This document shows positions 8,732 through 17,666 of a stretch of 41,433 nt of DNA, piece after piece; positions within the stretch are counted from its first letter, which is position 1; every line of letters starts with the position of its first letter. The stretch comes from Gammaproteobacteria bacterium (GTDB lineage Bacteria > Pseudomonadota > Gammaproteobacteria > Steroidobacterales > Rariloculaceae). The notes below the pieces were generated by a model. The model had not been told where the DNA came from and did not search any database. It was given only the letters and a program-made list of their open reading frames with translations. The stretch is from contig JAURFX010000003.1 of assembly GCA_030834065.1 (NCBI GenBank), forward strand, positions 1 through 41,433. Direction: 5' to 3'. The position numbers were made by a program, and so were the translations under genes.

Positions 8732-9820
8732 ATGAAAAGAAGAGAAATTTTATCGGGTTTGGCAGCGGCCACAGCACTTACCGCCTGTGGAAATAATCAA
8801 AATAATACAACCACTCAACCATCTACTGAGCAGTTTAACTGGAGGATGGTCACGACATGGTTGCCTAACTTCCCTGGGCTGGGAACAGGTGTTAATACGC
8901 TTGTAAGATACATAAGGGAGTTGAGTCAAGGGAGACTCAACATATCAGTCTATGGTGCAGGTGAACTCGTTCCGGCTTTTGAAGTTTTTGATACTGTGGC
9001 ACAAGGCGCAGTTGAAATGGGCCATGGGGCAGCCTATTATTGGCGAGGCAAAACTGAGGCTACGCAATTTTTTGCTACGATCCCCTTTGGTATGACAGCT
9101 CATGAGATGAATGCTTGGATGTATTATGGGGATGGGCTTGATTTATGGCATGAGCTCTATTCTGAATTTAATCTTATAGGATTCCCCGCAGGTAATACTG
9201 GGGTGCAAATGGGCGGTTGGTTTAACAAAGAGATCAATTCAATAGATGACCTCAGGGGCCTTAAAATGCGAATTCCTGGAATTGGTGGAGAAGTCTTAAG
9301 AAGAGCCGGAGGAACGCCAATCAATCTTCCACAATCTGAAATTTATACCGCGCTTCAAACTGGAAGTATCGATGCTACCGAGTGGGTCGGGCCTTATAAT
9401 GATCTAGCAGCTGGGCTTCATGATGCCGCACAATACTACTACTACCCTGGATGGCATGAACCTGGAACTACCTTGGAGTGCATGATTAATCTAGATGCAT
9501 GGTTAAGCCTGCCTCCTGATTTGCGATCAATTGTAATGATTGCTTGCCAAGCTGCAAATTTAGATATGATGTCCGAATTTAATGCCAGAAATGCGAATGC
9601 ATTATCAACCCTTATGAATCAAGAAGGTATAGATGTTCGACCTTTCCCACAGGAGGTCATGGCGAGGCTAAAAAGTATCACTAATGAGGTCATTAATGAG
9701 CTTGCAACTGAGGATGAAAGGGTCGAAAAAGTATGGAATTCTTACCGAGCATTTCAAAGCGAGGCCAGATCCTGGCAGGAAGTTTCTGAACAAGCATATA
9801 TGGAAAGTACTGAGGAATAA
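8732..9820 (+). CDS. TRAP transporter substrate-binding protein DctP (TakP-like), Tat-exported lipoprotein
   Basis: MKRREIL twin-arginine signal plus LTAC lipobox; WRMVTTW, GELVPAFEVFD, GNTGVQMGGWF, GLKMRIPG, IDATEWVGPYND. Confidence 0.9.
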   Translation: MKRREILSGLAAATALTACGNNQNNTTTQPSTEQFNWRMVTTWLPNFPGLGTGVNTLVRYIRELSQGRLNISVYGAGELVPAFEVFDTVAQGAVEMGHGAAYYWRGKTEATQFFATIPFGMTAHEMNAWMYYGDGLDLWHELYSEFNLIGFPAGNTGVQMGGWFNKEINSIDDLRGLKMRIPGIGGEVLRRAGGTPINLPQSEIYTALQTGSIDATEWVGPYNDLAAGLHDAAQYYYYPGWHEPGTTLECMINLDAWLSLPPDLRSIVMIACQAANLDMMSEFNARNANALSTLMNQEGIDVRPFPQEVMARLKSITNEVINELATEDERVEKVWNSYRAFQSEARSWQEVSEQAYMESTEE

Positions 9821-9823
9821 ATT

Positions 9824-10447
9824 ATGAAAATTTATTTAAAATCAATATTTGTATTTGCTATGTTTGGCTGTGTCTCCAATATTATTGACTCAGAAGATCA
9901 TTCTGATCCAACAAATAATTTATTACCTTCTTATATCGACGAATCATGGACTAGCTTCTTTTCTGGGGAAAATCTCAATCAGTTTACTTTTATTGGTGAC
10001 GCGGAGTGGGAGATTATTGATAATTATGTGGAAGCTGTCGATGGATTGCCAAAATTTTTAGTAACCAATTCCGCATTTAGAGATATTGAGCTGTATGCAG
10101 AATTTTGGACTAGCCCAAATGCTAATAGTGGTATTTTTGTCAGATGCCAAGATATACATAACATTGCAGCTGGCACTTGCTATGAAGTTAATATCTTTGA
10201 CCAAAGACCCGATCAAAGATACAGAACCGGAGGCATTGTAAACTTTGCTGAGCCAATGGGATTTCAAAATGCTGCAAATCAATGGAATCAATTTCTGATA
10301 CGCATCGCGGGGGATCACATTGAGGTTTATCTCAATGATGAACTGATGATTGATATGGAGGACGATACTTTCTTTGCTGGGCCCATTGCCTATCAATGGA
10401 GCGCAGGAACTGTACGATTCAGAAATCTCTGGTTTCGAGTTTTATAA
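9824..10447 (+). CDS. DUF1080 (3-keto-disaccharide hydrolase-like) lipoprotein
   Basis: WTSFFSGENL, ANSGIFVR, YEVNIFD, TGGI, NQWN...I...GDHI.V.LN, GPIAYQ, VRFRNL; lipobox-like MFGC. Confidence 0.85.
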   Translation: MKIYLKSIFVFAMFGCVSNIIDSEDHSDPTNNLLPSYIDESWTSFFSGENLNQFTFIGDAEWEIIDNYVEAVDGLPKFLVTNSAFRDIELYAEFWTSPNANSGIFVRCQDIHNIAAGTCYEVNIFDQRPDQRYRTGGIVNFAEPMGFQNAANQWNQFLIRIAGDHIEVYLNDELMIDMEDDTFFAGPIAYQWSAGTVRFRNLWFRVL

Positions 10448-10458
10448 GGTAGGTACAT

Positions 10459-10983
10459 ATACTCAAAGACCAAAAAAATCAATTTGGTATAGTCTCAATA
10501 GCCCTGCATTGGATTGTAGCGATTGCAATACTTATGATACTCCTCTCAGGTAGAGAATTAGCCAACGGAAACTCTAATCTATCCTATGATGAAATTTTAC
10601 TTGTACATGCTCGAGTAGCATATTTAGTATTGCCTTTTTTTCTTTTCAGGTTCCATTGGAGGCTAAGGCAGGGCTATCCAAAATTTACAATTGCAAAGAA
10701 GTTGAGTCATATTATTCCTCCTTTTCAATACCTTATCTTGATAAGTATATTTTTTAGCTATTTATCCTGCTACTTCATCCTAAATATAGATACAAATTTA
10801 TGGTATTTAGAGCAGGAGAATTTAGCGAGCATGAACTCGGAAATATCGATTCATACCTTTGTTGCGAAGACTGCCTTTTTATTAATAATCATCCATATCA
10901 TAGCTGCAAGCATACAGATCCTATTTGCAAAGAATGTAAATGCACGTAGGATGATATCATTGCCTGATAATGAAAAAACTTAG
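10459..10983 (+). CDS. cytochrome b561 (YceJ/CybB-like) di-heme membrane protein
   Basis: The frame is open upstream of the called ATG (10534) and gives LKDQKNQFGIVSIALHWIVA, a typical N-terminus with the first His. Further His residues in VHARV, IHTF, IHIIAA; C-terminal RRMI. The start appears to be ATA at 10459. Confidence 0.75.
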   Translation: MLKDQKNQFGIVSIALHWIVAIAILMILLSGRELANGNSNLSYDEILLVHARVAYLVLPFFLFRFHWRLRQGYPKFTIAKKLSHIIPPFQYLILISIFFSYLSCYFILNIDTNLWYLEQENLASMNSEISIHTFVAKTAFLLIIIHIIAASIQILFAKNVNARRMISLPDNEKT

Positions 10984-11452
10984 TTATTGCATCACCTATT
11001 TACTTTTACTATTCTCAACCTCTCTTGCGGCTGAGAAATTAAATTACTTTATAGCCTATACCCAGGAGGAAAATGGCATTGTAATTGAAAATTGGGATGG
11101 TTATGAGCCAACGCTAGGATTAAATTTTTCTCAAATCATCGATTATTGCACCTCTAGTCATTCTAATCATTCAATACCTACTTTTGAGGCCTTTGATTTG
11201 TCTAATCTTCAGATCAATTGCTATGACCGTCATGGGAATGAAATCAATGAAGTACCATTAATTCTAAGTGTAGAGAGCCTGGCAGATATTTTTAACCTGA
11301 ATGGGACAGAGATTTATTTTACTGATAAAAACTATCCTTATATCAGATTATGGGCAGAGTGCATTTATGAAAGATCCGATGGATCAAGATTTACTTTTCC
11401 TATAATTTTACTTAATAATAAAGGCTTTATTTCAAAAATTATCCAACCATGA
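10970..11452 (+). CDS. hypothetical secreted protein
   Basis: 160-aa ORF with a Sec signal peptide (MKKLS...SLAA), overlapping both neighbours. No family recognised. Confidence 0.6.
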   Translation: MKKLSYCITYLLLLFSTSLAAEKLNYFIAYTQEENGIVIENWDGYEPTLGLNFSQIIDYCTSSHSNHSIPTFEAFDLSNLQINCYDRHGNEINEVPLILSVESLADIFNLNGTEIYFTDKNYPYIRLWAECIYERSDGSRFTFPIILLNNKGFISKIIQP

Positions 11453-12444
11453 TACCTGAGTCTGTGCTTGAGAGTTATGACCTTGGCCATTGTTCAATAA
11501 AGACAATCAATACAGGATTGATCAATAAAACCTGGAAATTATCTGCAGCGTCGGGTGATTTTATTTTTCAAAAGATAAATCCTATTTTTCCAGAACAAAT
11601 TCACGAATCGATTCATAAAATCACAAAGATACTTTTGCAAGACGACATTGGCTCTGTTGAAATAATAAGGACTAAAAATGGAGAACTGATCCATAAAGAA
11701 AATGATGAAATTTGGAGGGTTACGAAATATATCTCGGGTGATAATTTTGAGATTACCCCAGATGCTGATTATGCGTTTAGTCTTGGGAAGGGATTGGCTA
11801 AAATGCAAAAATGCCTTCGTAATGTAAAGGTTGGAGTTCCTTTAAGAACAATCAAAGAGACCGATAGGTGCTATGAAGATTTAATTTCTCTTATAAAATT
11901 AAGTCAAGATCACTCGCAAATTAAAACTATTCAAAAGTATGCTGAAGAAATAAGTAAAGAGTATGCGGCCCTTGATCAAAAGTTAGAAATTAATAATAGG
12001 CAAATGATCCATGGGGATCCCAAAATATCTAATGCTATATTTATAAACGGATCACCTGACATTAAAGCTTGGATAGATTTTGATACCATCGCTTTTCAAA
12101 ATCCCTATGACGAAGTTGGAGATGCTATTCGGTCTTGGTGTAATCCAGTTCATGAATCTGATACGGAGAGTCAGCTGGATCAAACATTACTTAAAGCTAC
12201 GCTTGAAGGCATTGTATATTTTGATATCTATAAAGAAATAAACAGTAAATCAGTTATTCAATTTTACACAAAAAAAATAACGCTTCGTTTGGCAATGCGT
12301 TTCTTAACAGATGCAATGACAGAGAATTACTTTTTTTGGGATAAAAGCAAATACAATACACTCTCGGAGCAAAATATTGCAAGAACGCGCGCGCAACTCA
12401 ATTTACTCAAATCAATTGAGTCTGCATTTATGACACTTCTGTGA
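11449..12444 (+). CDS. aminoglycoside phosphotransferase / N-acetylhexosamine-1-kinase-like phosphotransferase
   Basis: GLINKTW, FIFQKIN..F, Brenner motif HGDPKISN, WIDFDT, GDAIRSWCN, RFLTD...YF. Confidence 0.85.
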   Translation: MIPESVLESYDLGHCSIKTINTGLINKTWKLSAASGDFIFQKINPIFPEQIHESIHKITKILLQDDIGSVEIIRTKNGELIHKENDEIWRVTKYISGDNFEITPDADYAFSLGKGLAKMQKCLRNVKVGVPLRTIKETDRCYEDLISLIKLSQDHSQIKTIQKYAEEISKEYAALDQKLEINNRQMIHGDPKISNAIFINGSPDIKAWIDFDTIAFQNPYDEVGDAIRSWCNPVHESDTESQLDQTLLKATLEGIVYFDIYKEINSKSVIQFYTKKITLRLAMRFLTDAMTENYFFWDKSKYNTLSEQNIARTRAQLNLLKSIESAFMTLL

Positions 12445-12472
12445 CAGTAAAAAACTAAAATTCTTATATATT
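12431..12472 (+). promoter_or_regulatory. hemA promoter with TGACA-N6-TGACA direct repeat (HemR-box-like)
   Basis: TGACActtctgTGACA at 12431-12446 has an 11-bp period typical of OmpR/PhoB-family boxes. The second repeat reads GTGACA (-35-like), followed by a TATATA/TATATT -10-like element at 12465-12472. Confidence 0.75.
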
Positions 12473-12481
12473 CAGTGCTCT

Positions 12482-13795
12482 ATGATAAACAATTATCAAA
12501 TTGTTGGTATAACTTGGCGCGATCATCTTCAAGAGGAGATTGAAAAGATCTCATTAAACGAAGAACAGGCGCTTAAAGCCCTGCAGTTATTACAAAAAAA
12601 ATATCAAGTTGAAGAGTGTGCGTATCTTAAAACCTGTAACAGAATTGAGCTCTTTATCTATACAGAAGATTTATCTATACATAAAAACATTAGAAAGATT
12701 TGGCGCGAAATCATAGGTCAATTTCGAATAGCAAAATCTGAAAGCATTCAATTTAGATCGTGGAGAGGAGAAGGAGCGTTTGAGCATCTTTTTATGGTTT
12801 CCTCTGGTCTCGATTCTGCCTCTTTAGGAGAAAGTGAAATTTTATATCAGCTAAAGAAAACAAAAGAATTTGCTCAAAAAAATCACTTGATTGCATCAGA
12901 AATTAACTTCCTGTTTGAGGAGTCATTCAAAGTTGCTGCACAGATTAAGAGAAACACATTACTTAACTCGGGAAAGCAATCCTTATCTGAAATCGCAATA
13001 AATATTTTTATAAAACCAAATCTACCTGACAAAGATTTTAAAATAGGTCTGATTGGCACATCCCCTGTAATTATAAATGCACTCAAGTCACTTCTAGAAA
13101 GAGAATTTAAGCCTACTTTAATTAATAGAACGCTCAAAAATATACAAGATCTAAAAGATAAGTACCCTATTAAGATGATCAGCTTAAATGATCTAAATTC
13201 TGGCAATCATCATTTCGATGTAATCTTATCTGCCACAAGTGCAACAGAGAAAATTATCAATGAAAAATCACTAAAAGCCATATTTATCAATCAAACAAAA
13301 ATTTATATCGATTTAGCAAGCACTCCTGACGTCTCATCAGCTGTATGCAAAAGAAATAACATAAAATATTACTCCTTAGATGATGTGATTGAGAAGGCAA
13401 AATACACGCATCAAATACGTCAGGCAGAAGTAGCAAATGCAAGAGAAATTATTGATAGCTATTTGATTAATTTAAATCAAAAGATTAATGATAAGAAATA
13501 CAACTCAATTTATTCTGCAATACAAAAAAGATATCAATACACCGCCTCAGAGGGCATTAAAAGATTAATTAAAAAAAATGCATTAAAACTTGATCAAAAT
13601 GCTATAAATGAAATTGATATTTGGTGTTCAGCCCTTGCAAGAAGATTTGCTCACATTCCAACCTTAGGCATAAAAGGCTTACTGAATAATGGTCCAGACG
13701 GTTCTGTTGAGGCATTCATTGAGGGTCTTGATGAAAAGTTTCAAACTGAACTAAAGCTCGCAATACTAGAAACCAAAGGCGGCAATCTTGATTAA
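12482..13795 (+). CDS. hemA: glutamyl-tRNA reductase (divergent)
   Basis: TCNRIE catalytic Cys, AFEHLF.VSSGLDS..LGESEI..Q, NRT, SATSA, IDLA. First gene of the hem operon. Confidence 0.88.
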   Translation: MINNYQIVGITWRDHLQEEIEKISLNEEQALKALQLLQKKYQVEECAYLKTCNRIELFIYTEDLSIHKNIRKIWREIIGQFRIAKSESIQFRSWRGEGAFEHLFMVSSGLDSASLGESEILYQLKKTKEFAQKNHLIASEINFLFEESFKVAAQIKRNTLLNSGKQSLSEIAINIFIKPNLPDKDFKIGLIGTSPVIINALKSLLEREFKPTLINRTLKNIQDLKDKYPIKMISLNDLNSGNHHFDVILSATSATEKIINEKSLKAIFINQTKIYIDLASTPDVSSAVCKRNNIKYYSLDDVIEKAKYTHQIRQAEVANAREIIDSYLINLNQKINDKKYNSIYSAIQKRYQYTASEGIKRLIKKNALKLDQNAINEIDIWCSALARRFAHIPTLGIKGLLNNGPDGSVEAFIEGLDEKFQTELKLAILETKGGNLD

Positions 13796-14684
13796 GATAG
13801 GAACCAGAGCCTCGCATTTAGCAAGAACTCAAGCACTTTTAGTTGAGAAAAAACTAAATGATCTTGGTATAGAAACTAAAATAGTCATCATCACAACAGA
13901 AGGTGATAAGAATTTAAATAAGAACTTTTCTGAAATAGGTTCTCAGGGAATATTTGTCAAAGAACTAGAACAGTCATTATTAAAACAAGATATTCATATT
14001 GCTGTACATTCAGCCAAAGACCTTCCAATCCAGATAGATAAAAAATTACAAATTGGCGCCTACCTTAAAAGAGAAGATCCTGCAGATATACTACTTAGCT
14101 ATCATGAGATAAATGAAAATGTATTAAAAAGTAAAAAATTAACTATTGGTACTTCATCAATTCGAAGATCTAAATGGATTAGCCATTTTTATCCTCATAT
14201 CATTGTTGAAGGTCTAAGAGGCAATGTACCCACAAGAATAAAAGCATTAGAAAATATTGATGTAATTATATTAGCTAAAGCAGGCTTGAACCGCTTAGAT
14301 AAGTCTCCTCTGTCTGATAAGCCGAATATCGATTTTAATAAATTTCATATGCATCGACTTGATCCTAATCAATTTGTATCTGCACCTGGTCAAGGTGCCA
14401 TAGCTATTGAATGCTTAAAAGCAAGCAAAGATATACTTGATTCCCTCGATAGAATTAACCATAAAGAAACCCAGACTTGTATCGATCATGAAAGGATAAT
14501 GTTAGGTCACTTAAGTGGTGGTTGCAATGTTCCGCTTGGAGTTTATGTCAAAATGATCAATCAAAATAATTCTTTCGAGATGCATATTGCACATGCATTA
14601 AATAACAAATTTATTAAGAAAACGTTTCAATACAATAAGATAAATCAAGTTGAAGAAAAAATATTACAAGAATTAAAATCATGA
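13788..14684 (+). CDS. hemC: hydroxymethylbilane synthase (porphobilinogen deaminase)
   Basis: IKIGTRAS.LA..Q, T.GD, GIFVKELE, AVHSAKDLP, GTSS.RR, LRGNV.TR, APGQGA, GGCNVPLG. TTG start. Confidence 0.95.
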   Translation: MIKIGTRASHLARTQALLVEKKLNDLGIETKIVIITTEGDKNLNKNFSEIGSQGIFVKELEQSLLKQDIHIAVHSAKDLPIQIDKKLQIGAYLKREDPADILLSYHEINENVLKSKKLTIGTSSIRRSKWISHFYPHIIVEGLRGNVPTRIKALENIDVIILAKAGLNRLDKSPLSDKPNIDFNKFHMHRLDPNQFVSAPGQGAIAIECLKASKDILDSLDRINHKETQTCIDHERIMLGHLSGGCNVPLGVYVKMINQNNSFEMHIAHALNNKFIKKTFQYNKINQVEEKILQELKS

Positions 14685-15403
14685 ACATCAGAGGTAAAAA
14701 AATTCTTATCACCAGAGATAACGAAGGAAATAAAGATTGGCAAGAGAAATTGCGCTCTCTGGGCGCCTTAGTAAAGACTTTGGACTGTATTAGTATTCAT
14801 GAATTTGATATGAATAAAGAGGAGTTAGCTGAGATAAGAAGAATAATCGAAGCTTCACAATATGTGATTTGGACTTCTGCGAGAGGCGTTTTGTATTCAA
14901 GAAAATTTTTTAATGGACAGATCGCTTCGAAGCTCTGTGCCGTAGGTATTCCTACCGCTAAGGAGATAAAAAAATACTTTGGTAATCCTTATTTGATTAG
15001 CCAAGAGATGAATGCAAGAGGACTCAGTCAAATTATTATTAAAAATGAAGACCTTAAAAATAAAAAAATCTTATTACTCTTGGCCATAAATGCCTCAGAT
15101 TTTCTAGAAAAGGAGCTTCAAAATGCAGGCGCCAATGTAAAACGAATTAATATTTATGAAACCAGACCGATAATGCTTAATGATCCAATTTTATTAAGCT
15201 CACTAGATGTTAATCATATTTTTGTTGCTAGCCCAAGTGCAGCGAAGGGCCTAAAAAATAATGTAATTTTCGACTGTTCAGTCAACGTTTACCCTATTGG
15301 AATAACTACAAAAAAAACTTTAGATGAGTATCAAATTAAAACTCAGCCTATACCAAAATACACAGGTCTCGAAGGTCTAATAAATCAATTAAATAATAAT
15401 TAA
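14681..15403 (+). CDS. hemD: uroporphyrinogen-III synthase
   Basis: GKKILITR, WTSARGV, AVG..TA, YET, ASPSA, IG.TT; directly after hemC. Confidence 0.88.
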   Translation: MNIRGKKILITRDNEGNKDWQEKLRSLGALVKTLDCISIHEFDMNKEELAEIRRIIEASQYVIWTSARGVLYSRKFFNGQIASKLCAVGIPTAKEIKKYFGNPYLISQEMNARGLSQIIIKNEDLKNKKILLLLAINASDFLEKELQNAGANVKRINIYETRPIMLNDPILLSSLDVNHIFVASPSAAKGLKNNVIFDCSVNVYPIGITTKKTLDEYQIKTQPIPKYTGLEGLINQLNNN

Positions 15404-15405
15404 CT

Positions 15406-16374
15406 ATGGGTAGAGAATATAGAATCAATCAGGAAATCAGGGATAGCTTAGCTGAAACTTCATTATCGCGCTCAGACCTTATCATGCCCTACTTTGTAAA
15501 TGACTCAAGTCATTCTATACAGATTTCTGCAATGCCTGGAATATTAAATCATTCAATTGCTTCTCTAATTCCAGCTGTTCAAGAGCAGTTAAAATTTGGT
15601 ATCGATTCCATACTTCTCTTCGGAAGTACAGAAAATCAAAAAAATAAAACTAATGACGGTAGCTATGCTTATCACGAAAAAGGCATTACACAGGCAGCGG
15701 TACGCGCTTTAAAAAAAGAATTTGGGAATGACCTTACTATTATCACCGATGTGTGTATATGCTCATACACAAATCATGGTCATTGTGGTGTCACTCAGGG
15801 AGAAAATATTCTTAACGATGAGACCCTTCCTATCCTTGCAAAAATTGCAAAAAGTCACGCAGATGCTGGAGCAGATATCATTTCCCCGTCAGATATGATG
15901 GATAGCAGAGTGCAATTTATCTCAGATTATTTAAAAGAAGAGATTAATCAAAAGATTCCATTATTTAGTTATGCCGCAAAATTTGCCTCTTCTTACTATG
16001 GGCCCTTTAGAGAGGCAGCAGATTCATCGCCGAAATTTGGTGATAGAAAGAGCTATCAAATGGATTACAGAAATTCTAATGAGGCCATGAGCGAGATCAA
16101 GGAAGACCTCGATCAAGGTGCTGATGGAATTATTTTTAAACCTGCTTTAGCTTATTTGGATATCTTAGCTAGGGCAAGCAAAAAATTTGATACTAGAAAG
16201 TTGGCTTATAATGTCTCTGGTGAGTATTCAATGGTAAAGGCAGCGGGCATGAAGGGATGGATTAATGAGAAAGAAATTATTATAGAAAATCTTTTTTGCA
16301 TGAAGAGAGCAGGCGCGACTGACATTATTACTTATCATGCATTAGAAGTTGCAAAAAATAATTGGATCGAATAG
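15406..16374 (+). CDS. hemB: porphobilinogen synthase (ALA dehydratase), Zn-type
   Basis: DVCICSYTNHGHCG Cys triad, SPSDMMD, KFASSYYGPFREAA, GDRKSYQMD, FKPAL.YLD, AYNVSGEY. Confidence 0.97.
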   Translation: MGREYRINQEIRDSLAETSLSRSDLIMPYFVNDSSHSIQISAMPGILNHSIASLIPAVQEQLKFGIDSILLFGSTENQKNKTNDGSYAYHEKGITQAAVRALKKEFGNDLTIITDVCICSYTNHGHCGVTQGENILNDETLPILAKIAKSHADAGADIISPSDMMDSRVQFISDYLKEEINQKIPLFSYAAKFASSYYGPFREAADSSPKFGDRKSYQMDYRNSNEAMSEIKEDLDQGADGIIFKPALAYLDILARASKKFDTRKLAYNVSGEYSMVKAAGMKGWINEKEIIIENLFCMKRAGATDIITYHALEVAKNNWIE

Positions 16375-16376
16375 CA

Positions 16377-17666
16377 ATGCAGATAGAAAAATCTAAAAAA
16401 TTATATGAGCAAGCGTGTAAAGTTATTCCTGCAGGTGTCAGCTCACCGGTAAGGGCCTTCAAAGCTGTGGGTGGCAATCCAATCTACATGAGGTCTGGTC
16501 AGGGTCCCTTTATTAATGATGTGGATGGAAATCAATACCTTGACTTTGTTATGTCATGGGGCCCACTTATACATGGTCATGCCAATCAAAAAATTATTCA
16601 AAAAATAATTGAAGCCGCTCATAATGGGACTTCTTTTGGCACACCTTGTGAGGATGAATTAAACCTTGCAAGGTTTATTGTTGATTCATATAAATCCATA
16701 GATCAAGTACGTTTTGTCTCATCGGGGACAGAAGCAGTCATGAGCGCGATAAGACTGGCTAGAGGTTTCACAGGTCGAGATCTTATTATTAAGTTTGATG
16801 GTTGTTATCATGGACATGTCGATCCCTTGTTGGTTTCTGCCGGTTCTGGCTTGGTTACGCTAGGGAATCCTTCATCTCTGGGAATTCCACACGAAGTTTC
16901 TAAGCAAACTATCTCTCTTCCGCTAAATCGTATTGAACAAGTTAAGAGAGCATTTATTGATTTTAAAGGTCAAATTGCAGCTGTAATCATTGAGCCAATT
17001 CCTGCTAATAACGGCTTATTGCTTCAAACAAAAGAATTTATCTCAGGTCTTAGGGAATTATGTGATGAAAATCATGCATTGTTAATATTTGATGAAGTTA
17101 TCAGCGGCTTTAGGGTCGCTCAGGGAGGGTCCCCAGAGATATTTAACATCAATCCTGATCTTGTAACATTTGGCAAAGTAATTGGAGGAGGGCTGCCCGC
17201 CGGCGCATTTGGCGCTAATAGAGAGATAATGAATCACATTGCACCAAATGGAGGAGTTTACCAAGCAGGGACTTTATCTGGAAATCCATTAGCAATGGCT
17301 GCTGGCTTTGCAAGTCTAAAACTCCTTCAGGATGAAAATAGTTGGGAATATCTTGAAAACTTGGGTTCTTATCTAGAGAAAAAAGTTAAACTCCTGGGCT
17401 TTAATGAAAAATTTAATGTTAGTTTTGTCCGACAAGGTTCCATTTTTTGGTTTGCACTTGATACAAATATACCACCGATTAGATCAGAGGATATTAATGC
17501 TAAATCAGAGAAAAAATACGCTTCGATATTTAATGGCTTACTAAAAAATAAAATATATATCGCTCCCAGTATGTATGAAGTTGGATTTCTATCCACATCA
17601 CACAATAAAGAACATGTAGATCACTTTATTCAATCTTTATATCACTCAATGGAATGTATAAGTTAA
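16377..17666 (+). CDS. hemL: glutamate-1-semialdehyde 2,1-aminomutase
   Basis: PAGVSSPVRAF, SWGPLIHGH, SGTEAVMSAIRLARG, FDGCYHGH, FDEVISGFR, FGKVIGGGLP, YQAGTLSGNP. ATG at 16377 is preferred over TTG at 16362. Confidence 0.97.
   Translation: MQIEKSKKLYEQACKVIPAGVSSPVRAFKAVGGNPIYMRSGQGPFINDVDGNQYLDFVMSWGPLIHGHANQKIIQKIIEAAHNGTSFGTPCEDELNLARFIVDSYKSIDQVRFVSSGTEAVMSAIRLARGFTGRDLIIKFDGCYHGHVDPLLVSAGSGLVTLGNPSSLGIPHEVSKQTISLPLNRIEQVKRAFIDFKGQIAAVIIEPIPANNGLLLQTKEFISGLRELCDENHALLIFDEVISGFRVAQGGSPEIFNINPDLVTFGKVIGGGLPAGAFGANREIMNHIAPNGGVYQAGTLSGNPLAMAAGFASLKLLQDENSWEYLENLGSYLEKKVKLLGFNEKFNVSFVRQGSIFWFALDTNIPPIRSEDINAKSEKKYASIFNGLLKNKIYIAPSMYEVGFLSTSHNKEHVDHFIQSLYHSMECIS

Noticed and set aside
11449-12444. 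Antibiotic-resistance aminoglycoside kinase
   Set aside because: Only the general APH fold is supported. The motifs look closer to sugar/N-acetylhexosamine kinase-like proteins, and there is no mobile context.
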